Assembly (NCBI GenBank): GCA_026023565.1
Contig: JAPETS010000078.1
Coordinates: forward strand, 1-47,640
From: Cirrosporium novae-zelandiae
Taxonomy: Eukaryota
Direction: 5' to 3'
DNA length: 47,640 bases
Part shown: positions 37,239 through 47,640 of the stretch, one piece after another
Position numbering within the stretch: position 1 is the first letter of the stretch
Layout: each line of letters opens with the position of its first letter
Notes under the pieces: generated by a model
The model's input: only the letters and a program-made list of their open reading frames with translations
Told to the model about the DNA's origin: nothing
The model's database searches: none
Program-made: the position numbers and the translations under genes

Positions 37239-39423
37239 TCTATAATTGTATCTTACACTAGATGTACTTCCTCTTGATATCCATATCCTTGCCTCTTTAT
37301 CCGCTGGGTAATGACTGTAACTCTGTATTTTTGACACCCTATGTCTCAAATTAGACAGTCTGACAGTTTCACTTGCCGTCTGTCAGCCGATTTTCCATCA
37401 TAGCGAAAACTCTGAAGCAGGAAAGAGTTAAAACTACAAAGCATATGAGCCCACCTGGTCTGTTTGAAGACCCCTAAACACAGGAGTAACCACACAGAGC
37501 ATGCACCAAGATAAGCATATTCTGCAGTATCAATCAGCTTGCTAGGTCCCTTCCTGCGAAAATGTTCTCGGCGATGAAGCGAACAATGGAAGCTAGAAAA
37601 GAGAAGCAGTTAACAAAAGTCGATATATATTTCTTGGGGAACGAATTCACTTGCTACTTCATATGGCTTCTTAGATAGTAGCGACTTAATTGCCAAAGTA
37701 AGTATTTTTCTGATCTAGAGATATCTCAGATATGTCAAGCACGCGCAGGCGTCTGTTTATTAACTTAAAACCTCTGGTTTAGCTGTTTATTTTAATATCT
37801 TCTGGTGTTTTATCACTGCCGACTCGACTAAGCTGGTAATTGGTAATGCGTTGGCTGCTATGCTGTTTGTGGTGCATAACCAAAATGCTAAAAGAGCAAA
37901 AAAGAATACCCAGCTCGCATCGAATAGATCTGAGGTATCCGAAACTCATCAGCCCACTACTTTGCTACTCTACTCTACGATTGGTCCTTTATTCAAGGCA
38001 ATCATGGGGATTGGTTTTCACAGGTCAACTAGTCCACGGTTCAAGCCCGGGTTAAAGGTGCCACACAGATGCAATTTGTGTGGGGGTGGAAGATCTCTCG
38101 ACCAACCCGCCTGTTCGGTTGAAAATAAACGTGGTAGTGGAATATTTATGGGGTAGCCCTAACCTAAGGTCATGGTTCAACTCCTAGACTGTCCAAAGGA
38201 AAAAAAATTTTGCATACGCTCAGCTCGACAATAGGAATAGGATACACCATCTACAGGGGCACCTGAACCAAGGAACAAGCCATCGATACTACATTTTTCA
38301 ATACAAGAAGTTGTTAACGTAGAAGCTTAGGATCCAAGTCAACCTCACTTCACCTCACCTGATAACAATGAAACAGGGACATGTTGATCTATCCTACTAA
38401 GGATAGCCGAGCTCTCAAACCTTCAAGCCTTGCTTCTGATATTCAAGAGAACCGGTTGATCCTCTAATTTTCACAATGCTTGTAACATGATTCTATGTCA
38501 CGAGCTTCTAGCTTCACCATCTTCAACATTTTTCCTCACTGCCCCATTACGTTTGAAATCCTATGGAAGGTTTTTTTGAAAAACACAAGGAGACCTATTT
38601 AAGAAGTTAGAGATAGTGAGCTGTTTATTCACAGAATGCTCAACCACAAATCCACCCTCTTTTAGTATGAATTTCTAAAAATCCTTAAGTTCTACTAACC
38701 TCCGGCTGAGGTGCTTGATGCGCTTGCTTCTGGCAATAGGACGTGATGGGAAAGCACCAAACACTCGATCTACACCTATCAAGTGTTAAGAACCCGATAT
38801 TATTTCAATCACTTGAACTTCAATGTAGCAAGATCAAATTCACGTATCCATGCGACTACGTTCTTAGTTCGTCAAAGGACATAGGGGATGATATTAGGAA
38901 AGTTTCTGAGAATTCTAGAGCTCTTAATTCATATGATCATTAGTTAGATACTTAGTTCCTTGTAGATCCAAAATATAAGTTTCCCATATTAAAATAAAAT
39001 TTCATAACAGTTTCAACTATTCGATAAAAGAAGGTTATGTATAAAGTTGACGTTGTATAAATTATTCCGAGTTGATAGAATTGCATTTCATTGGTTCGAA
39101 ATTTCCTAGTTTCGACGGTCTGGAATCTCCGCAACTTCTCCTCAGCTACTCAGCTAAGCTACATCTAATTAAATATTTCGCTAACTTCAATATACAATTT
39201 ACAATGACAATCATCGAGTGTCCCTAGAATCAATGATAATGCCCTTTATAAAGTTTATTATAAGCTTGGTGGCCCTTTATTCTCGTGAGCGTCTTAGCTT
39301 TCGAGCGGCATAATTACCACCTCCGCCATTTCTCAACTCCTCTCAACCCGCAACTCGAGACTATTACGACGAGTTAATGATCCTACAACTCCAATCTATT
39401 TACCCTATAGTATTTGAACAATC

Positions 39424-40321
39424 ATGCAATGGCCAGAATGGGTTTCGAACCTGTTTTCTAGGTACAGGGAAGACAAGAAGGAATCTATTGAATGGGACAA
39501 ATCGCTCAATAGGTTAGGTTATTGGCGTCACTATACTGATCCACAAAACTTGGTGCCGATTGTTCTTGCGACAGGCGCAAGTTTGTTCTTCGTCGGATTC
39601 TATCGATCATATCTACGCAGAATCCCGGGAGCAGCTTATATCCAGCCCGGTTTCTTCAGACGCCGGAGTTTGTTTGGAAAAGTAACAACGGTCGGAGACG
39701 GGGACAATTTTCGTCTGTTTCACACGCCTGGTGGCCGGCTAGCGGGTTGGGGTTGGCTACCTTGGAGAAAGGTGCCAACTAGAAGAGAAGACTTAAAAGA
39801 CCGCACTGTAAGTAGCATTGAGATACAATTTGGATATACACGTCCTTCCGCTCCATAACTTTAGCTTATCATTATACTCTAAGATCTCAGTCCGTCTTGC
39901 TGGAATCGATGCGCCTGAACAAGCACATTTCGGGAAGCCCGCACAGCCTTACTCCCGAGAAGCCTTGGAATGGTTAACATCCTATATCCGTAATCGACGA
40001 GTTCGTGCATATGTCTACAGGCGAGACCAGTATGAACGTGTTGTCGCTACGGTATACGTTAGACGTGGTCTGTTGAGGCGTGATGTTGGGTACCAGATGT
40101 TAAAGGAAGGTTTAGCAACTGTCTACGAAGCTAAGCAGGGCGCGGAATTTGGAACTCTTGAGGCAAAATACCGGGAAGCGGAGGCACGAGCAAAGCGCTA
40201 CGGGAAAGGAATGTGGGCTGGGGACCGGGGGAAATTCGAGAGCCCACGGGATTTCAAGACGAGGATGAAGATTGAACCTGTAGCAATAGCTACCTCCATA
40301 CGTTCGAAATTGAAAAAATGA
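39424..40321 (+). CDS. LCL3: Lcl3 staphylococcal-nuclease-domain endonuclease (~273 aa; exons 39424-39807, 39884-40321)
   Basis: N-terminal TM helix, [47 protein letters not shown]. Confidence 0.9.
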
Positions 40322-40989
40322 CCATATTTACATTCAGACTATGAACTATGAATGAATTTCTAAGATGGAACGAATAGTTCTTGGAATAGTAAATGGATTG
40401 ATCCAATATAAGTCCAAACTTACTGAAGGAGGAGAAAGGGTCCCTTTTCGGCCGCCGCTTGGTGATCTGGGGTTTGTCTAGAAGTTTAAAATGACATTAT
40501 TTGACCGCTTGGTGCATTTTGGACGGAATAGCTACAAATGAATGAATAATGAATTATCTGATAATTGAGGGCTGATATAGATAAATATTCAACCTTACGG
40601 GTTAGATGCAATTTATTATTATTAGTTGTTGCAAGTTGAGTGGAGTTTTGGGCTTTTTGGGCTTTGATTCTAGAAACGAGGCGCTGAGTGTCTTACAGTC
40701 GCTCAGCGCTCAGCCACATCTGGCCCCCTCGACTTCAAACAATAACTGTCCGGTCCTCACGTCCTCCTTTCTCATCAACACTCATTCACAATCATATTGT
40801 CAACTTTAGATAGTGAAGGACCTGCCGATTCATTCAACTGTCTCTTTCACTCCAGAAAGTACAAAATATTCGACACCAAATTCCCCAGAACCACTCGCTT
40901 CCCGAACATCAACACCCACCGACTTTATAAATAACTGCTGCCTTCTTGGCCTTCTCCCTCACAAATATCCTCATTGAACATCATCCACC

Positions 40990-42374
40990 ATGGTTTTCGG
41001 ACGATCTAAATCTGATGATAATGAATCTGAGCGGTCCTCACTCTTCTCCCGCAAGAAGAAGGACAAGACCGACCAAAATCCCTATGCTAACATGCCTCCA
41101 ACCAGCTATGCCCAAGCTAAGGCGAGTGCTGGAATCCCCCCAACTGGACACGGTTTTGCCAGTCCCCCACCTGCTGGGAAGGCTGCCCCAGGGGGAATGA
41201 GCGACAACAAATACGGGGCGCCACCACCTGCCAATGGTGGGGGTTACGGAGCAAGTTCATATGGTGCACCGAATGGCTACGGACAAAGCAAATACGGTGC
41301 ACCACCACCACCACAAGATAATGGAGCAGAATCTCGATATGGACCCTCAGGATATGGAGGGTTTGGCAACACCTCTAGCTCCGATACCACTGCTACAGAT
41401 TCTAACAGAGATGCCCTCTTCGGTGGTGCCCGCGAACGTGCCCAGCAGCAAAGTCAACCTCCACCCTACGAAGAAGGCAATGGATATGGAGCACCCAACT
41501 CTGGGGCCTACGGTGGCTCCACTAACTCCTCCTATGGCGCCTATGCTGACCGCCAGCTCACGGCCGAGGAAGAAGAGGAAGAAGACATACAAGCCACGAA
41601 GCAAGAAATCAAGTTTATGAAGCAACAAGATGTCTCCTCTACCCGCAACGCACTCCGCATTGCCGCCCAGGCCGAGGAAACAGGTCGCAACACATTGGCC
41701 CGCCTGGGTGCTCAGGGAGAAATGATACACAACACGGAGAAGAACTTGGACCTTGCTGCGAACCACAACCGACAGGCCGAGGACAAAGCACGGGAGCTCA
41801 AGACCCTCAACAAATCTATGTTTGCCGTGCACGTCTCAAATCCTTTCACCGCCAAGGAGCGTCGCCGACAGCGCGATGAGGACATAATAAACAAGCACCG
41901 CGACGAACGAATCGAGCGCGAAACGACCCGGCAGGCAGCATTCCAGAGCACGCAGCGAATGGAAAAGACGTTTAAGGATCTAAACAACGGGGGTGGGCCC
42001 GGGGCCAAGGGTTCCAACGTCGCGGAAAGAGCAAAGTACCAATTCGAAGCGGACTCAGATGACGATGCCATGGAGAACGAAATCGATAGCAATTTAGATG
42101 CCTTGAGTGGTGCTGCGGGTCGGCTCAATGCCCTTGCCAGAGCAACGGGTAAAGAAGTGGAAGAGCAGAATAGACATTTGGATCGGATTACTGGAAAGGT
42201 TAGTCGAGGTTTACCTTTTTTTCTTTCTGTCTTGTATATCTTTTCTAGGGACAGTTGCGTTGTGTTACTACTGTTGAATTAAGATCTGCATGCTAACCTC
42301 CTTCCTTCCTATAGAGCGATATGGTAGATGACCAGATTGCCATGAATCGGGCGAGGTTGGATCGGTTCCATTAA
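40990..42374 (+). CDS. SEC9: Sec9 SNAP-25-like plasma-membrane t-SNARE (~422 aa; exons 40990-42198, 42315-42374)
   Basis: G/Y/P/N-rich N-terminus and two SNARE motifs (TRNALRIAAQAEETGRNTLARLGAQGE; ENEIDSNLD...EVEEQNRHLDRITGK|SDMVDDQIAMNRARLDRFH). Confidence 0.93.
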
Positions 42375-45300
42375 TTAATCACACGCTGCTTAAGAAATGC
42401 CGTCTGTGTTACATGTTACAAAGTCATGTCCAAATCATAGTCACAAACTTGTCGTTAAGAAAGCCATTCAACTTTGGGGCATGTTTTTTTGATGTTTGGG
42501 GGGACAGTTAAGTCGGCAAAGAGAAAAAAGCTTTTTTCTTTTCAAAAAAAGAAAGGCATTGTTCTACATAACTTTACGGGCTACACGGGTGTTTTTTTAA
42601 ACTGTTGATAAACATATGTTATTAATTTTGTGCGTTTGTTCTTAACCTATCAAATCCCATCATCCTTTTCATATCTCTTTCTCTATTACCCTTCAACTAT
42701 ACATACATAACCTTGCTAGTCATCCCTTCATGTTCAACTCCGAGGAAATACTTAAAGATGCTTAAAAAAGTTTAATAAAGAGAAGAGAAGAAAGAAATGA
42801 AGCTAAGTTAAGCAACAAACGAGCCCTACCATACATGCCATACCCCGGGGCACAGCACAGCTACAGAACTCTCTTCCCTGTTAACTTTTTTCAACATCGG
42901 AAGGTCACGAAGGGTAGATTGAAAGGACGTTCTGCCTAATTAAGGCAGACAGATAGGACAGGACAGGCAGAAAGAAAAAGAAGAAAAAGTTAAGATGAAT
43001 GACAGGGAACAATCCTTTTGAATTAAATAAGATTCCCCACAAAGCAAAAGAAAATCAACCCCCCCTCCTGCCCCGCGCTTTGGTTTAAAGATTCGATGAA
43101 GAAGAGAATGAAACGGAAGTATTCCGTAGCTCATAATACGGAAAATATAAATCTCCACGCACACGCACTGCACGGTGTTATCGAAGCGAAGCGAAGAGGG
43201 ACCCGATATACCTTACCCTTATCCATGTGGGGACCTAAAAGAGATCGCTTATCCTAAACAAGAAGTAAACGAGGATAAATGCAACAACAGTGATGGCTTT
43301 TTTTCTTTCCTCGCTTTGGATGTTAAAATGTTTAATGTTAATGTTTTTGGTTTTTTAATCTCGCTCGGAGACGACCGATCGAATCGAACCGTTGGTTCGT
43401 GGCGGATAATAGGTAGGGAAGGGCCCTTGGAGGGGGAAGTTATATGGAAGTATAAATTGTAAGAATGTCACGCGAGGGCTGGGTTGGGTGACGGGTTATG
43501 ATATATGCTTTCGCGAATACCTAATGTTTTTGGAGGAGGGGGTGTAAATGGAATAAAAAAAACTAAGCACAACATTGAAGGAAACAACGCAACCGGTGCG
43601 CTCACAGAAAAGGAACAAAAGACTTTTTTGTTGAAACAAGGCTGGAAAGGATTTCATTTTATTGTAAAGGTCCCGGTCCTTTTGCGTGGTTGTAGAGTGT
43701 AGTGTTGTGGGTGTAGGTGTGTAGGTGCAGTTTAGCGACGAAGGAATATTTCGCCTTGGTTTCAGTACATAAATTTGACACAGGGCAACCGATGGCAACG
43801 GCAATGGCATTTGATCCTCGGGACGGCAGTTGAATCAGATATACTTTTACTAGCCATGGCGGCATCCGAGGCGATATTGCAAGATAGATATACTTGTTTC
43901 TGCCCGAGGTTGATGACCGTCAGTCTTTGCTTTTCAATTAGGTTTTCTTTCATAGATGCTGAAGGCTTATTATTATTCTTGTAAGGATAAGAGAGTTTCA
44001 GACACGTGGATAACATGTATTAGACATGGCGATAATTTATAAACTTTTTTTGCTGCTGTTGTTGTTGTTGTTGTTGCTGCTCTGGTTATTCTTGGGAGAA
44101 GAAGGATTTAGGGTGAAAGAAGAAGCTTATTATTATGGTCAGGTCTGTCCTTGTATCTTGAAGAAAGCAGGGAGAGCCTTGGGAGGGAACAAAAGGAAGC
44201 ATCATTATGGCTTTTTTTAAGAGGTGAGGTCAGCCCAGAACCCTGACTCCATCTTCGGGAATTTATTTCCTTTGGTCATAGAATAGAAAAAAAAAGGGTA
44301 GGCAGATGGCAGATAGGATATTAGATAAGGGGATTTCGAGTCGATTCAATTTCCCCCCACCTGTCCCAGAATTTGTACATTGCAATTGCGTTATAGAAAT
44401 TGCGTTGGGAGCAAGAGCCTATTCTAGAGAAAGGAAGAAGTCGAGGGTCCATCAACTAGAGAAAATGAGAGAAAAGCCGGTTCTCTCCAAACCAGGATTA
44501 TCCTTTCAAACGAAGCCTTGACCGTTTTGATAACCTTTTGCCCTTGGTTGCACAAAAAGCTTTGAGGCTGGAAGATCCTAGATCCCTGGTTAGACAGCAA
44601 GCATAAGTACCATTAGTCAGGGTAGCCAACTCCACAACCTGGTCCATTCCGACATTTTCATCTTCGCATCATATTGGATAACCATGGGTTATGGTAGTTG
44701 GGATATACCTTACCAAACGACTGTCATAGATTGTTCCTGTAATTTTTGTGACAGTTCATGTGTTATTCGCACAACAAAACATTGTGTTAGAATTACTCCT
44801 TCTCGCGGCTCAGTTTCAGTGGCGAATATCTGTGAGGTCGGACAAACATGTTGATCTTGATTATCGCTGTCAAAGATATTAATAATTATGTTCACGGACC
44901 GTTTTTATATCCTGAATGTTTTTTTTCTCGCATGCATGAATATAAGCGACCATCCCACTCTAGATGTTACCGAGCGTCGCTTATATCTCGAAGTGGAATC
45001 TGATGTTCAACCATGTGCTAGGAAGTCCAAGCTGTCCATCGGATAAGGAGCTGAAAGGCAAATGATAATCGCTATCAAAATCAATGCTCACGAACTGTTG
45101 TTGGTACTCTCTACCATTGGTACCAGATCTTCCTCGCATCGAGAGATCTCCGCTGCATCAAGTCGAATGCGTGGGAGGGTGGAGACAAGGGACAGTGCTG
45201 GGATATGCATTTATTGTTATCTTTGGCACGGCAAAACGATGGCAAAGATTCAAGGGTACTACGAGAGTTGGATACGGTTATTTTGGAGTGAGTTGGCAAT

Positions 45301-47513
45301 AAATGAGAAATAATGTCAGATCTGTCCCTGTCCCATACGTAAGTATTGTGTCGTTTTAGATCTCCAGGACATGAGATGGTGGGGAAAGATTCCGATGAAG
45401 GATCACCATGTGGTGAATCTTCCTCGTGTGCTCATGTAGACGTTTAATTTTTTTTTCGCCTGGATTCATACTACATGCTTATTTGTCAAGTAATCGGGTT
45501 AAAACCCATATGTAAGATCGTTAGCAGATATCATCAGGGAATCAACTAGGATATAATGTTCATCTTCTGCATGGATGAAGTGAGATATTCACCTCAATTG
45601 GTCTGTTCGAAACCTATGAGATTGGTGGTTAAGGAAAGGTTTCGATGCTGCCAGGGACTCTCAGACCCAGGGACCTTTTGAGATGGTGGGGAGGCGATTT
45701 GCGGTATCATGCATTTCGCCACAACCGGCAGATGGACAGTTGCCTCACTTGTTCCTAGGGTGTCACACTCCTCTCTCCTTCTCTTTTTATCTCCCCTCTC
45801 TTCTTTCAGTTGTTCGGAAACAACAGCTTAAAGTACCCGAGAAGCCTAAGGAATCAAACGATGCCCAAAGCGGGGCTTCAAGGTGCGAATAAAAAAAGTT
45901 ATCTGAAAAAAAAAAATTGAATTGATTTCCTCATCAAATGTTCAAATTGGGGAGTTGCCCCTCCGTTCGTTGTTCTCATCGTCGTCTTAGAGATGGGGAC
46001 CTAGTGGCTTAGGTGGCTTGAAAGTGGCTTGAGATTTCAATGTCCATGGCTGAAGCCAGTCGTCTCTTGGGTTGCAATCTCCAGGCCTTGGCTCAACAAC
46101 TCAAAACTAAAGAATGGAACATCGTGAACATCCAAAAGAGCCATTGTCCGTTCAGAAATCGTTGGATATTAGGAACTCTAGTTACTCTAGAAAGGAGAGT
46201 AATTCTTACTTTTTTACAGTTATCGTTAGCTTACCGTATTCAGTAACAATCGACTACATTTAATCTCCTACTTCTGAGACTTCTGGAAAGGAAGCATTCC
46301 GTGCTTTGGAATTGCAATTGAACCACTCGTGCCATTTCGAATCGCGTGTTGTACAGGGGACCTGAAATGTTGATCCAGTGACAACCTTTTTTGTTTTTGT
46401 TTTTGTTTTTGTTCATTTACCGCTTGGCTGGATACCTGGAAGGATTTAACTTAATGTGGAAATATTCTATTACCCATTTTCTTCACGATTGGTTTACTAG
46501 GTTTGCTGATTTCCCCTGAGCTATTCTCGTGTGCCCTGGTCTGCACTGTACTCTGCAGAGATAATGACTCATGACAAAGAAAAAAAGGAAGAAAAAAGAA
46601 AATAAAGGAGGTTACCATGGGTCAGGTTTATTTTCCCTTGGAGATCTACTTAGTAAAAAGATCGGGACTTAAGAAATTATCTTGGTGGGTACTTTCCACA
46701 ATAGCATAGGAAGGAGTACCTGGTACCTTTTGATCTGATAACTGGTAACTAGCACACACTGGCACACTGGCAGGGGAAAATGACGGTGCTGCTGGTCCGT
46801 GAACGATTTAGCATGAATCTGAAACAACGACGTCCGAGTTGCGCAAGTCGGCAAATTATTGGAGGAGGCTTTTTTTTTCTCTCGAAAAGGGAGACTTGCT
46901 AAACAACAGGCTTTTTTTTTTTGAAATTTTGAGCTTTTGTGAGGCAGACCAAGGTTTAGTTTGGGGGCACTGGGGGGTCAACAGGGTCGATGACATAAAG
47001 TTTTCGGCGGACGGGAATAAGTTCATAGTCTCATTGACTCCAAGCCCCAGCCCCAATGCTGCTCAGTGGCCCTCCCCCCCTTGGCTAACAAGGTGGAGTA
47101 AGCGCCATCACAGTCTTTATCCAAACACTTTGATCGGACATTCTAGTTACACGCTTTCAAACTTCCCCAATGATACCGAATACTTGACAGCACAGTGAAG
47201 CATTCTTCAACACACCACACAGTCCACACAATCCACCTCAACAAAAGGAAGAAGAAAAAACTCTGAATTAGCAAAAAACTTACAGAAAAAGTTACGTAGA
47301 TTCCGAACCAAAGCTTGACAGCCCTGCCTCCAACTTGGTTCCTGCTTGAACTTTGCTTCCCTCGGAGCTTCCCCGACAACTGATAGTTGAAAGATCTTTC
47401 TTTACTTCGTTGCAATATACTTCGAGGCTTCAAGTCCTCCCGTCGCTTTATCCCTACCGCCGAGGAAAGAAAGTTGTCTGGAAACCTTGAAGTGCCGAGG
47501 GGATGTAGAAAAA

Positions 47514-47640
47514 CCGCAAACAGGCAGATAGTAATTGACGAACCAGTTAAAGGATGCTGGTACCAGGAACAGGAAGATATGCCAGGGTTTTTTCCTAGGG
47601 TCTTCAGGTTGCGTGATATTGTTAGTTAGTTTTTTTTTTT
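47514..47640. repeat. Terminal direct repeat, right copy (identical to 1-127)
   Basis: Read directly. Confidence 0.97.

Noticed and set aside
37239..39423. Possible decayed gene between VTA1 and LCL3
   Set aside because: Only short stop-interrupted ORF fragments with no family motif I can identify; blastx would be needed.
40990..42374. sec-9/plp-1 (het-z-type) allorecognition locus
   Set aside because: SEC9 is present, but no patatin-NB-ARC-TPR NLR gene or recognisable relic is visible on either side.
13529..42374. Functional cluster of secretory-pathway genes (protease, GT90, PDI, VTA1, SEC9)
   Set aside because: The genes are interspersed with unrelated ones and I saw no shared motif; consistent with ordinary synteny.
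1..47640. Starship or other giant mobile element
   Set aside because: No DUF3435-type tyrosine recombinase or typical cargo recognised; content is conserved core genes.

Overview
Eukaryotic DNA from a filamentous ascomycete (Pezizomycotina-type genes with short spliceosomal introns; species not determinable). Eleven intron-containing genes can be rebuilt from the ORF track and splice signals: flbC-like C2H2 transcription factor, KRE33/NAT10, a secreted aspartic protease, a GT90/CAP10-like glycosyltransferase, a soluble fumarate reductase fused to cytochrome b5, an IQ-motif protein, a ~1700-aa acidic DUF3659-type repeat protein, an MPD1/PrpA-type PDI, VTA1, LCL3 and SEC9. I saw no rRNA, tRNA, CRISPR, transposase, viral or plasmid-replication genes. 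The main structural signal is that bases 1-127 are identical to 47514-47640, so the sequence closes into a 47,513-bp loop of ordinary chromosomal genes. The most suspicious internal junction is a 66-bp G tract (8083-8148) in the last KRE33 intron, beyond which the expected terminal exon is doubtful. An assembly mis-join is the more likely explanation; eccDNA or a tandem duplication cannot be excluded from sequence alone. Smaller regulatory observations are an overlapping uORF at the flbC start after a ~680-nt ATG-free stretch and five GGCTATTG motifs upstream of the fumarate reductase gene. I cannot support a new multi-gene biological system here. All family assignments come from motif recognition, not database searches.
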